Under the pieces are notes generated by a model. It saw only the letters and a list, made by a program, of their open reading frames with translations. It was not told the origin of the DNA and did no database searches. A program made the translations under genes and the position numbers. A stretch of DNA of 64,000 nt from Peribolospora baueri (lineage: Eukaryota): NCBI GenBank assembly GCA_029717555.1, contig JAMDHS010000035.1, positions 124,001 to 188,000 on the forward strand, read 5' to 3'. Shown one piece after another: positions 24,214 to 37,471 of this stretch. The first letter of the stretch is position 1. Each line of letters opens with the position of its first letter.

Positions 24214-27200
24214 TCAGATCGAGCCTCCCACAGAGCGAAGGGTAAATTCGGAGGCCGTCTAGAGGGCGGCGGTGACAGGTGGCGATGAGAGCGAGCAAGG
24301 CATGTCCGAGAGGAGGATGGGAGGAAGAAGACGGGGAAAGTGACGCAGCAAGAGGTGAGTGAGCGGCAGATGTCACGCGAGGCTCGTGCACGAGCAGCGG
24401 AATTGGGGTGCATAGCCGCCCGGTGAGAGCAGCCAAGGCCGACGAAAAAGAGAGAGCAAACTCACTGGAGCGTCTAGAATCTTGAGCTCCTGGGTGGTGA
24501 AGAAAGGCATCTTGGGCATGAGGAAAGCACGAAGAGGGACGAGGAGAAGGATGGGGATCGGGAAACCGACGGCGGCTGCCGGAAGGAAGGGAGGCGAGGC
24601 GAGGGATGGAGGTAAAAACATCACGCATGGAGAATGTCAGTGAGGCGCGCTCTCGCCTCTCTCCACTTGCAAAAAACAACGCTCACCGATGGTCTGCGTG
24701 ACGGCGAACGTGACGCCAAAGCCGACGAGCTCGCACGCCACGAACGCGATGAGAGCCGTCTTGCGCACCTTCCTGAGCGGCTCCACGTTAGGGTCGCGAG
24801 GGGTGAAGTGTCGGTCGCGGAGGAGAAAGTAGATCTTCTCCACAACGCCGTTCGTCTCGAGGGCCGACGCGCCCATATACCAGAAAAGGCCGGCGAGAAC
24901 GCCTCGAGGGATGAGGCCGAGGACGTGAAGGAACGGTTCGGTCATGAGCACGAGGCACAAGCTCCCTTGCGCGAGGTTGGAGAAGCGCTGCTCGACAACG
25001 GCCACAGGTCGCTCCTCCACGTCATAGTCCTCGACGATGGTCTCCGACTCGTCCTCTCCCTCTGCCTTGGACGTCGGCCTACGACCCTCGTCCACGATTT
25101 TGGCCCCGAAGCCGTTTCCCACAGCGCGTTGAGAGGGGGAGGAGCTTGCGCTCGCCTTATTCGACGCAGCCGTGTTACGGCGATTGAGCGTGGCCTTGCA
25201 GTCGTCGCCGCCTCCGCCAACCGACGGCGGCTCGTCACCGGCACGCGCGGCGACCTTCTCGTCCACATTTGCCTGCTCGGGCGAGATGACGGCCTTTTCG
25301 CCGCGCTCGCCGAGGCCTTCGCGCTTCTTGCTCCGGTCATACTTCTTAACACGTTCGTATACGAGCAGGCTCTCGGTGTGGATCGGCGCCTGTGGGATGA
25401 GGCCGTTGGGGGCAGGGAGACCGAGAAGGGCGGCGAGAAAGGTGGTGATTCCGAGGAGGAAGAAGTCCCAGTGGAATCCCGGAGGCTTGCGGAGCGGGAA
25501 CTCGGAGCCTTGGGCGATGAGCGACTGTGAGAGCGGACAAGGTCGTTGGCGCGGGGAAACAGCGTGCGCAGAAACGATGGAACACGTCGCGACTTACCGA
25601 AACGTTCGAGTCAAAGTAGAATAAGATGGTGAGAAGGATGCCGAAGGGCACAGCGACACCGACCCACTTAGCAGGGAGCTCCCAAAAGCGAACCAACCAT
25701 TCGCGGCCGTTAGTGGGCGTGAACGCAGCCCCTGTGGGCAACGTGGAGATGTGAGAGCGGAGAAGCTTGCCCCAGTGGGGCACGGCGCTGATCGCGACGA
25801 CGGTGATGGGCATTCCGTAGTCTGCGAAGACGCGGCGGACGACGTGGTGAAGAAAGGTGGAGATGGAAAGGCGGTTGAAGAGGAAGCAGACGATGACGGT
25901 GAGGAGGCCACAGACGAGGGTAAGGAGCGCCTCGTCCTGCGCGTATTGGGAGAAGGAGCGGTCGACCGTCTGGCAGCCGTATTGCAAATACACTAGCGCA
26001 ACGTAGAGACCGAAGGCTGGCAAGGAGAAGGGGCGGCGTGAGGGTTGAGCGGACCGCTTTGCTGCATCTGGAAAGGGGAGAAGACTCACTGTCACAGCTG
26101 AACCTCGTCACGTATCTCAAAAAGTTTACGCCTGCGAGTTGGAAGGGAGAAGGGCAGACGAGATAAGCGTCGTGTTTTTCCCACCGGCGTCGTCAACATT
26201 TTCCTTTTCTGTGCTCCTCAAAATCAGACCACTCACCGTTCAGGGCGGCGATCAAAAAGTGCATCCAAGCGCCGTGGACGTAGACCCAGCCCATGAATGC
26301 GAGATAGTCCACGTTTTTGGGCAGGACTCTGTATGTGGTCTGGCTGAGCACGGTGATGGGACCGGTGACGCCGACGACGAGCAGGGGCTGGCCGCCAAAA
26401 ATGGAGAATACGAATGCGGCCATGAAAGTGGACAAGAGGACCTCGTTGACGCCGTAGGATTGATTCGTCTGGGTGAAGAGGTCAAAAGAGAAGGCGAGGG
26501 CAGGGAGAATGCTGTGGAGATGAAGAACAGGAGCGAGGAAGAGGAAAAGAGAGCCCGACCGAGATAAAGATGAGTGGAGCCGCCGTCGGCAAAGGGGGCG
26601 GAGAGTAAGGTCAGCATGACATACAGCACGTTCCGAATCGCTAGAGGCCGGGAAACTGGGAGAAGGGATGAGGAGGTCTATAACCGCTTCCGGCGCGCCG
26701 TCTTCGCGGTCACCACTAAACCCGCCAGCGCCCTACGCACTCCCGCCCCGCCGTCGTTCGCCCGTTCTCTCGCTCGTCTTTCGGAGGACATGAAGGAAAA
26801 AAAGCACAGTAGCTCACTTGGCAAAAAACATCTGCACCGTGGAGGGAATGACTCTATAGTTCCAAGCGTCCGCCCAATCGGACCAGTAGTATGGCAGGCG
26901 CGCTTTGACGTCTCGGTACATGCCCCGGAAAGGGTGAATCCTGGCCCAGCGAGGACACGAGCGTCTGCGGCGGTGGTGTGTTTGCTGCTCTGGGCCGTCA
27001 TGAAAGGCGTCGCCGGGCTGTCGCCCGGTAGCGGTACGCGGGGACGGTGGAGAGGCAGCCAAATGCCTAGGACCGTCACCATCGCCGTCGCCATCGCCAC
27101 CGCCATTCGCGGCGGACAACGTGGCGGGCGTGGCAGCACCTCCTTCGATGTCGGCGTCGTCGCCGGGACGAGCGGGATCGAAGAGGGTGCCGGAGGCGTT

Positions 27201-27305
27201 GGAGTCGGCGCCTCGTTGTCCTCCTCTACTGGTAGCTGGCGGGCGAGCGACGGAGGAAGAGGGAGAGCGGGCAGGGGTGGTGGATGGTCGGGGCTCTTCT
27301 ATCAT
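24214..27305 (-). CDS. BOR1: SLC4/HCO3- family boron transporter
   Basis: PFRGMYRDVKARLPYYWSDWADAWNYRVIPSTV, FSIFGGQPLLVVGVTGPI, LTILFYFDSNV, VVEQRFSNLAQG, GLIPRGVLAGLFWYMG. C-terminus ILDAP|TASEFTLRSVGGSI*. Confidence 0.92.
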
Positions 27306-27770
27306 CGTGCGTCTATCATTTGTGAGACGAGGGAGGGGAGAAGGGGAGGAAGGCGAAGGAAGTCTATGAGACGACTGAGAAGGGGGACGACAGAGAGGGT
27401 CAGGAAGTGCCAGTGGATGGTGGTGAGAGACAGAGAGCGCATCGGCCGTCGTGCCAAGATCGTCATCGTTCGTTCGTTCGTTCGTTCGTCGCACGCTGTC
27501 GGTCGAATCGAATCGATCAAAACGTTTTCCGTTCCTCCCACCATCCTCGTCGGCCCTCCAACTCCCTTCGTCGGCTGTCCGGGTCGCTCGCCGCTCACCT
27601 CAGCCACTGAGCTCGCACCGCCCGCCCGTCTGTACGATGGTGGTTAACTTGCACCCGCATCCTTCCGCCGGACCTCCGCATAACATCGTACGTACCGCAG
27701 CATGTCCCGCCGGCGCACACAAGCCAGCGGCCGAGCCCGAGCGCTCGCTCAACACGCTCACATCGCCGCC

Positions 27771-29282
27771 ATGCTCGACAAGGGGAAGGGCCGGGCCCTC
27801 GCAGGGGACAGCCCCAGTCCCACCAACGACCACGACACGCCCTCATGCGCATCGTCCAAGGCGGAGCGAGACAGTAAGGCCTGCCGCGACGATGCCGGCG
27901 TCGACGCGGAGGGCATGCAGCGGAGGTTCTACAAGACGTCGGCGAGCAGGAGGGCGAGGAACCTCATCAGCCAGAAGGAATACCGTGAGCGTTGGCCGTC
28001 ATCGGCCCCCCTTTTCTTGCAAACCATTCCTTCTCAAATCTCTTGTCTCAATTGGCTCGCCAGGAAAACGGCAGGTCCTGCACGTCTCCATGCTCGAGAA
28101 CGAGAACGCCCTGCTCAAGCTGCGTGTTAAGGAGCTCGAGGCGTTCGTCCACACTCTCCTTCCCTCGTCTGTGCAGCTCTTGCCCCCCAGCGTTGCGCCC
28201 GCAGGGACCGCTACTGCGGTGGAATTGGGAACGGAGAGTAAAGATGGTGTTCGAGCGGGTGGTGCCGCCGTTGTGACGGAGCCCAGCGTATCCTCTTCTT
28301 CTACGACGGCTCCTCTCCCGACGGGGGACTGGATGGGCGGAGACGGTGGCATCGACCTCGGATTAGGCTTTGATGTCGTGAGTGCTTGGCAATCTTGAAG
28401 AACTACGGCGCCTCGCTGCCACTTTCTGGCTGACCGCGCGTACGGTCGGAATCTCGTCGCTCATCTCAGACCACCTCAGGCCAGACGCTTTCTTTCCAAG
28501 ACGAAGCTCGTGCGGCCCTCGCAGCCCTTCTCGGCACACCTCTGCCATTCGAGTCGGCATGCCAGTCTAACGCCCCTGCGCTGACGAGCCCTTGTTCTAC
28601 CAACTTGGGCGCCCCGCCCCCGGCAGCCTTCGCTTTTGGTACCGACACTGCCGCCGGCCCATCCCTCTCCCAAACGTCGGCCAGCGTTGCTTCCACGGCG
28701 CTCGACCTTGGTGGAGGCCGCCAATCCAACTCAAGCTCCTTCCAGGCCCACGACGCCGCCGACAGTCTGCCATGGACGGCAGCTGTTACCGCGCCCATGG
28801 GCTTTGTCGACGCACTAGGCTTTGGCGTTGACTACGCGAGCGGCGAGAGTGACTCCGCCGCGACCGGCCTCACCTTTACGACGCCCGCCCCGCCCACGTT
28901 CTTCGACCCTTTAGGCCTTGGCGTAGACTATCAGGGCGTGTCAGGGGTCGGCGCCAACTCAGTCGCGGCCACTCATGACGGCGACGGCCAGCGTGTCGCC
29001 TCGGCGCCCTTTCCCAGTGGGACGTCATTCCCATCCACAGCAATGACGACGACCCTCCGAACGGACGGGTTCACCGCCAGCGCCGTCGTTTCCCCTTCCA
29101 CCTTCTCATCCATGATCGTCCCTCGACCGTGCATGGACGTGTCGAATGCTTCAGGCACGTCGGCCGACCTCTCCGTAGCCATGGTAGACGGCCCTCGTTG
29201 TGCATGCGACCGATCCGCTCCTCCCGCCTCGGACGCGCGGCTGCCTCGCGGGCGACTGCGGCCATCACGGCGACGGAAATAG
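27771..29282 (+). CDS. Putative bZIP transcription factor (3 exons; C-terminus uncertain)
   Basis: Intron 27985-28063 joins SRRARNLISQKEY|RKRQVLHVSMLENENALLKLRVKELEAFV, a basic region with N-x7-R plus leucine heptads. The tail is low-complexity. Confidence 0.6.
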
Positions 29283-30654
29283 CAAACTGGGCGGAGATGA
29301 GCATCGAAGACGTTCTCTCCGTCTTCTCTCCCGCCTTCGGTTCGCGGTGAACTGAAGCGGAGGGTCAGCGCAGATCCTTTGGGACCGGTCATAGTACGAT
29401 TGCCTACTTGCTTCGCATTCCGTCCAAAGCCGGTTCGATCCGCATCACCTCGTCTCGCTGCGCCCCAACCCTTTTGGCCCCAGCGCTGCCCGCGCGCTCG
29501 GAGATCTTATCGCCGCTCTGGACTGACGGGGTTGCGCACTCCGCTGGCGGAGCCCGCCCCTTTTCTCACGTACGTCGAACGAGACCGACACGGATTGCTG
29601 ACCGCCACAGCTGTCGATTGTTATGTATTTGCACGAACACTATGGTAGAAGGAATGTACACGACTGTCTTTGCCCGTAACTCTGGTCCTTCCTTATCTTT
29701 GCTCCGCCCCCCCTCCTTTGAACCGTAAACTCGTCGCGTCCGGACGATGAGCGGCGCTAGGGTGCGTCTATCTATCATCATATCATCACTTCCAACTTGG
29801 TCGTTCTTGTTCCGCCGAGGGCGGCTATCGACGGTCATGTCGTGAAAATGCAGCGTTGGAAGTCACGGGGTGGGGCAGCCGGTGGTGCGCAAGCGCAAGC
29901 GAGGCCAGGACAGCCGGACCTTTCCTCCTAGTCGAATGCCCTTATCGCCTCTTCCGAGCCCAACCGTCGTCGCCCCGCCGGAGACGGCTATGCACGATCA
30001 TGACGGACCACGTGAGCCATTCTTTGCAAACGCACCACGGCCTTGTTCTGCAGAAGAGTAGCGGCATTCTGCGCAGGTCGACAATCAACAGCCTCCGGTG
30101 GACGTGGCCGACGGGCCCAGCTCAAACAGACACTCTGAACTCGACACGACGCCGGTTCGAACGCCGCCCATTCCACTCCCCTTGGCTTCCCGTCCATCCG
30201 TCCGTCCGTCGTGTTCCAATCCAAGGCAAGCGCTCGCACACGACAGGTGCTTCTAGTCCCCGCAGCGGAGGCAGCCACGTGTCGGTCCGTGCTATCCCGG
30301 ATTAAATAACAGCCGATCCGGTCCCACCGGCTTGGGCGACGCGCTCGGCGCTCGGACCGAGGGCCGGACATGGACGTCGGGCCTTCGGGCCGTCGATGGG
30401 ACGTGAAGGCGCTCGAGGAAGGGCAGAGAGTCGAACGGAGTCGGTTACGGGATCGTATTGGCGTCGGGAGGGAGTGGCAGAGAGGCGCAAAGGCGGAGGG
30501 TCAGTGGCCAGCGTGATGGAGGAACGATTTCACGGCAGGCGGCGCCGGGATCCAGGGCGGCGGCGACCGCCTACATATATGCTCGCCGCGCCTCCTCTCT
30601 GTGGTAAAATCGTCCCCCCACCTCGACGTCGCCGGAGTACTCAGGCAAGATAAG

Positions 30655-33065
30655 ATGACCGTGACCGCGGCCAACTCGGAGAGCACAGGCTTGTCACACG
30701 CCACCGGTTCCACCGCCGGCCAAACCAACAATGCGGACCGATCCGCGGGCTCGCCGTTCGAGGGCTACATCGTGGGCGACGACTTCTCCGTGCACGATAT
30801 CCGCTTCCCGACCAGCTTGTCTGGCGACGGCACCGATGCCAGTGAGGCCCGTTCCAGCTGATCGTCGTCTCGGCCTGCGTTTCGCGCTCGTCGCTGATCA
30901 TCGCCGTGTCTTCCTTCGCTCCCGCTTGCCCTGCCCCTACGCGCCCGCCCTCTCCCTCCGTCCGACAGTGAACAAGGAGTGCGACTACTCCGCCGCCTAC
31001 ATCGTTCTCCGCGCCGCCCCCCGCTCCTCTGCCACCGCCACCGTCGCCAGCGATGGCGTGCAATCACTGGTCGGCTACGGCATGACCTTCACCATCGGAC
31101 GCGGCAACGACCTCGTCTGTGCCGCCGTACGCTCCATCGCACGGCTGATCGTGGGCAAGGAGGTCGAGGAGCTGTTCGCGGATATGGGCAAGACGTGGGA
31201 CATGCTCGTCGCCGATCCTCAGCTGAGATGGTGAGCGACTGCCGCTCGGCTTCTTGACGGAGGGAGAGCGCCGGTGACTGAAACACCACGAATTTTCTCT
31301 TCTTCTTCTTCTTCTCGTGCCTCGTGTCGACTCGGCCAGGCTGGGCCCGGAAAAGGGCATCATCCACATCGCCACCGCGGCCGTCATCAACGCAGTGTGG
31401 GACATGTTCGCCCGTGCACGTGGAAAGCCACTCTGGCGGCTCGTCACCGAGATGACGCCGGAGGAGATCGTCCGCTGTGTGAGCTTCCGGTGAGTCGTCG
31501 TCGTCGTCGTTGGCGCCGTCGAGAGGATGTATGCGTCATGTTTCCTGCCTCCGTATCTCAAGCCTCCGTCCTAGCCGTTCAGGTACATCACAGATGCGAT
31601 CACCCCTGCCGAAGCGCTCGACATTCTCCGCAAATCCGAGAAGGAGAGAGCAGCGCGGACAGAGTACGTTCTTAAGCATGGCTTCCCTGCGTACACCACC
31701 TCTGTCGGTTGGGTGGGCTATGACGACGCCAAGGTGGCGCGCCTGACTCAAGAGGCGCTCGATCAGGGCTTCAATCATTTCAAGGTCAAGGTCGGCGCCA
31801 GTCTCGAGGACGATAAGCGCAGGTTGGGCCTCGTCAGGAGCATCATCGACGATGGTAAGAATTTCAAGGAGGGCAGGAAGATCCCTAGCAAGGAGAGCTT
31901 AGAGGGCAAGAATGCCAATGAGGTGAGCGGTGCGGGCGCCAACCCAGCTCGTATCCTCTCCAGCCGTCTCTGATCGAGCGTCGACTCGTCCACTTCGCAC
32001 TTCGCTCGTTTCGGTTCTCTGTCGCTACGACAGAATCACTGCGTACTCATGGTCGACGCCAACCAGGTGTGGGATGTCGACCAGGCGGTCGAGTACATGA
32101 CCCAGCTCAACGAGTTCAAGCCTTGGTTCATTGAGGAGCCGACTGCGCCAGACGATGCTCTGGTGAGCTCGCGCGAGAGCGCCAGTCGATGGGGGAGATG
32201 CCTTTGACGCACGACGGCGCCGGCACGTTCTCCGAGGTGAACCGTTCGCTCATCGCCCGTCCTTCGTCCCGCCTTCGACTCAGGGTCACGCCAACATCCG
32301 CGCAAGGTTGAAGCCACTCGGGATCAAGGTCGCGACTGGCGAGCATGCGCACAATAGGTGAGAGAGGGGCGCCTGCCTTTGTGTGAGCGCACGACGGCGA
32401 ACCCCATCCCTGACTCCCTCCCACCAACGTTCTCCCGTCTTCACGGCACTCCGCACCGATCGTTCCCCCCTCTTCAGGATGCTCTTCAAACAACTCCTCC
32501 AAGCCCAAGCCCTCGACGTGGTCCAGATCGACAGCTGCCGCCTGGCAGGCGTCAACGAGATCCTCGCCGTGCTCCTTATGGCCAAGAAGTTTGGCGTGCC
32601 CGTTTGCCCGCACGCGGGCGGCGTCGGTCTGTGCGAGTACGTCATCCACCTCAGCTTGATCGACTACATCGCCGTGAGCGGGAGCATCGAGCAGAACGTG
32701 AGTCGATGGAGCCTGCCTTGTTCCATTTCATCTGTTTCCTCGTTCGATGGCCGGGGCACTCGCTGCTCCCCTCCCCGTCGGTTGACACGATCCGGTCGAC
32801 TCACCCGCCTACCTCCATTGACCGGTCATCCATCATCGCCTTTTCTGTGTCTCCGTCATCGTTCGCGACGCAGGTGCTCGAGTTCGTAGATCACCTCCAC
32901 GAGCACTTCCGTTACCCGGTCAGCATCAACGACGGACGATACAACATTCCCGACGACCCGCGCGGAGGATACTCTATTGAGATGTTCCAGGAGAGCATCG
33001 AAGACTATAGCTTCCCCGATGGCGCCTACTGGAAGAGCGGCCAGGCGAGGATCGCTTGTAAGTGA
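30655..33065 (+). CDS. Enolase-superfamily sugar-acid dehydratase (L-fuconate/L-galactonate dehydratase, ENOSF1/rTS-like)
   Basis: [130 protein letters not shown]. Confidence 0.92.
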
Positions 33066-33273
33066 GCGCGAGGACAGGAAACGGGCAGACGGTCGGGGAC
33101 ACTCAGAGCGTAGTAGGCGCAATGCATGGCTGGCTCTGGTCGGAAATTCCCCATGTTGAGATCAATGCGAAAGAGGGTGGTTTGCGCCGTTTCAACCTAG
33201 ACTGGCGTCTGGCGAGGCAGTCTGAATGAAGACTTCGTCCGTACCATGTCGTTCATACGCGAGCACATCAGAA

Positions 33274-33932
33274 TCATATATATCGGAACAAGTTGGCCTT
33301 TGAATGCCTCCCTAACCCTCCCTCGATCTGTCCGTCGACGATCCGCATATTGCTGACCCCGCCGTCCCGCTCTAGTAGCTTGGCCACGATTTCGGCGTCG
33401 GCGGCAAGGTCATTTTTGTCTTGGACGGGCTTCGCGTCCCTCGGAGGTGTCGCGTCGGCGCTGGGGGCCGCGCGGGACCCATGAGACAGAGAGCAAATCG
33501 ATGGTGGAAGGACGGTGAAGGGCAATTGAGGAAAGGTTCGAATGCGGGCCGCCGAGAAAAGGGAAGGAAGTGGGACGGCTTGGCTTACCGCGCACTCGCG
33601 CCACCTCCTTCCTCCGTCCTTCCAGCTGCCCCATCACGTTGATTCTTCTCTGTACACTCGGCCGGACGCACTGCACTCTTTCCGCTCATCTCTCTCGTAC
33701 CCTGCACTGCACCTCCCAACGCCCTCGCCCTCTCGCAGGCCGCACAGCCGCATCCTTCCCTCGCCCCCGCCCCAGCTGGCCCTACTCCTGCGGGTCGGTA
33801 GTCGAGCTTGAGAGAGGAGAGCGCCGGCTGCTTCAGGGTCGTGGCAGGGCTCGGGGCGGAGGTCCTGCAGAAGTAGTTGGAGAGCGGGTGGGAGCGGATG
33901 GAGAAGAGCGAGGTGGCGGCGCGTCGGGACAT
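33274..33932 (-). CDS. Uncharacterised 176-aa protein, probably mitochondrial; exons 33932-33589 and 33460-33274
   Basis: R/S-rich acid-free N-terminus MSRRAATSLFSIRSH. A GTAAG..CAG intron joins in frame to ...KLLERDGGVSNMRIVDGQIEGGLGRHSKANLFRYI*. Confidence 0.6.
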
Positions 33933-34512
33933 GGTTGTCGTCGTCGTCCTCCTTGACCTGTGGTCGCTTGCGGAGGACGGATGTGACGATCGTCGATCGC
34001 CGGCGAACGGGTCATGTGATGCGCTCCGAACGCGAAGAGTCTCAGACCACCTGAGTGAGAAAAAAAAGGGCCAGGCTCCGACGACAGTTTCAAGATTCGT
34101 GCGCTTCGTTCATTCGTGGTAGGACGGGAGAAGATGCTATGGGATGAGCTAACTGTTGATACATGGCTGAGACAGACGAGCGCGGACGGAACGGGATCTC
34201 AATTCTGAATGATGAAAGGAAAAGGTGCGAACGAGGAGAGGATGCGAATGCCATGTGTACGGCGGTTGTGGATCGACACTGTCGTCGGCCCAACCAGGCA
34301 CCAGAAACGTCGCCTGAACGAAACGCGCGGGGAGTGCAGCGTCGCCGAAGGGGAGAAAGATGTCAGGGTCGGCGTGTGTGGTGCATGTAACAGCTTCCAG
34401 CGATCCCTGGGGCTGTTTATGATGTTGTACGAGAGGAAGAACCGAGACTGGGACGGGTGATGCAAGCTGGCGCGTCGACGGTCGGCGAGTGCGAGTTGAA
34501 TAGGGGACGTCT

Positions 34513-35983
34513 TCATACGGCGTGAAGGTCGTCCCGTTGTCGCGTCACTTGAGAGCGATGGCGGCGAAACGGTGGCCATGTCGCTGAGAAGATCACCTAC
34601 CGGACGACGAGATGGGCGATGACTACAAGCCGTGTGAGAACGCAGGGGGCATGCAAAACTGCGGTGTGTGCGCGCGCGTGTGTGTGTATGTGAGATGGGC
34701 CGGAGGGAGGTGTCAGTACAAGAAAGAGGGACTTGGAGCAATGAAGAAAAAAGAATACGGGATCGATCACACACCTTTCGTTCCACCTCATCCGCAAACC
34801 CAGCCACGACGGCCCAGCCGTTCCTCCTCGCGTCGGTGTCCCTTTCAAACTTGCTCTGTGACGCCTCCTTCACGCTCCCCTTCATCTCTCGCGTCTCCTT
34901 CGAGGCCTCGTGCGCCTCCTCTGCAGCCCGTGCCCGCGAGACGGCCCACGTTCGACGGATCTCCTCCCTGGCCTCACGTCTGCGTTCGAGCAGCTCGAGT
35001 TCGCGGACTTTGAAGGATGACGAGAAGCGCCGGTCGGACCAGCGAGGAGCAACGTTGTCGTCTGATTCGACGTTGGCGCCACTCGAGGCGGCGGAGGCGG
35101 ACGTGGAGAGGGTTGCCGCCCTGGGCCTGGCGCTCGAGGAGGACATGCCGGCGGCGGCCGATGCTCGTCCAGCGGTGAAATTGGCGGCACGACGTGCGAC
35201 GCGTTCGAGATGGGAAGGGGGGGGAAATGTCGCGGTGCTCCTGTGCGCCGACCCGTCCCATGCGACCAGGCTGGCGATCCTGTTGCGCTCCTCCTCCTTC
35301 TTTCGCTTCATATCGCTCTCTGGCGCGTTCATCTCCGCCAACGTCTCCCGCTTCTGGACGTAGGGACGTGCGAAGTCGAGCGCGCGCAGGCTCGTGGGAT
35401 AGGCGTGCATGGCCGACGAGTCCCATGCAGAGGAGGATGCGGGCGATCCGGTCAGGGAGGCGCCTTGCGGACAAGGAGACAAAAGAGTCGAGCTGGACGG
35501 GTTGGACGGCTTTGCGTTGGCACGCGCCACAAAGTCAAGGCAGCGCGGATCGAACGAGGCGGACGGGGCAGGCGAGAAGGAGCGCGTCCTGTTCAGAGAC
35601 GGCCTGACGGGTGAGCGACCGCGAGGACGAGTCGAGTCCGTAGCGCGGTCCGTGGCTGAAAATGCGGGCAGGACAGACGCGGAGGCCATTTCGTTCTCGT
35701 CCTTGACCGGTGGCTGAGCGTGCTTGGCCGAAATGGAAGGAGCGGCCGCACCGTCCTCCTTGACCGCCGTCCTGGCGGCGTGCCGGCTGACGGCCCTCCA
35801 GGCCTCTCCTTCGCCCTTGGCGGCCTCGTACGCGAACCTGAGGGCGTCGCGCTGGTGGCGCACCCGGAGGGCGTAGGAGGCGAGGGCGAGCGTGGTGAGC
35901 GAGGCTGCGGTGAGCGTGAGGGTGGATGCGATGTAAGGCGTGGCGGCGTCGGCGGCCGGAGGGGTGGAGTCGTGTGCGGACAT
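34513..35983 (-). CDS. Hypothetical protein with an N-terminal hydrophobic anchor and a charged helical region
   Basis: Long ORF from MSAHDSTP with the TM-like segment YIASTLTLTAASLTTLALASYAL. Probable intron after ...DEVERK (GTGTGT near 34770). The last exon is tentative. Confidence 0.45.
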
Positions 35984-37471
35984 GGTGTGGAATGCGCGCA
36001 AGACGAAGTCGGGGCAAGTAAGGCTTGTTCTCGGGACAGAAGGGTGAGGTCTACGAGCGCTGCGAGACGAGGACGGGGATGATCAGCGAGCGCGCCGGGC
36101 GATTCGCGTTTGGACGACGACTGGAGTTGCGTGTGTCTTTCCTTCGTTCCTTCGTTCCTTCGTTCCTTCTTTCTTCCTCTGCCGCTGGGGAGAGAAGAGG
36201 GACGGTGTGTGCACGTAAGCCGGTCGGGATGAGCCACTCGTCCGTGCGAGCGGGTGTGAGAAGGTGGGAGAGATGCTGGTGAGCAAGCCGTGCCTGACTG
36301 CCCGTCCTCCACGCCCCGCCTTTTTATCAACGCGAGGACGACGGCGACGGGCGGTGCGCACCGATGCTGGCTGCCGGTGGGCGGGCGGGCGGGCGGGTGT
36401 GGTGCTGAGCCGCCGCCCAATCTCCATCATCCATCGCGCGTCATCCATCCGCAACCCGGGGCCATTTTAGACGGCCGAGACCGTGGTGAGGAGACAATGT
36501 GGGCGATGGGCCTTCCTTTTTCTCCGCTCCCCCGCGTCTCACTCCTGGTCTTAGATGTGGAGAAGGGCATGAGCGCCCGCGGGCAGGCCGCGCCCCCTGC
36601 GGGCGGACAATGGGGAGGATGGAAGAACGCCGGGCGTGGGGTCATGGTGACGAACACGATGAGCATCTGCTTGCTGTCTTGGCCGGGAGAAGAGGAGGCC
36701 ATTTCCTCTTAAGGAAGTCGCTTTCGAAAAACCTCGCTTCGGACTTGGGCGGCGTTGGCCGGAGCCTGAGGCCGGCCACATATGACGTAAGTGCAAGTCG
36801 CCGAAGCGCAATCACATGCGACGTAGTTGCCGCAGCAGCTACGTCACGCACCAGAGACGTTCCGAGACACGTTTCTTCCGTGGCCGTCGTCGACGCCAGT
36901 TCCCACGGCCCCCGTCTTCCCCAGGGTCGATCGACCCCGCTTTCTCGCGACAATGTCATTGATTACTAGGGATTTTGGTGACAGCGGCACTAAAACAAGC
37001 AGAGGTATGCAGCGCAGGAGGGAGAAGGAATGCGCGTGCGCTCGATAGAGAGGCGAACGAAGCAAGCAGAAAAACATATGGAAGGACGCGGGGACGAAAG
37101 CAAGCGGAGACTGTCTCTATAGGTACGGACGGACGGCACGAGATGGCAAAGCAAGGAGCACGGTGACAGTGAAAACAGATTGAACGGTGCACTGGAAGAC
37201 GCGGGATGAATAGACGCCGACGACGAGATTGCAAGATATCGGTGGTGCGGCGCACCAGAGGCAAGGACGTGGTGGGTTTGGACGGGCGAGCATGTTGAGC
37301 GGGCGAGCAAGCGTGCCGGGAAAGCAGGCAGAGAGCGGAGGAGAGACGGTACGATGCTGTGTTAGAGGGCGGAGCGGGCATAGAACAAAGGACGATGTGA
37401 TGATAGCAGGGATTGGAGAGTGATGTCGTAGAATGTCGTGTCGCAGCCGCGTCGCGTGGAGGGAGGCTGGC

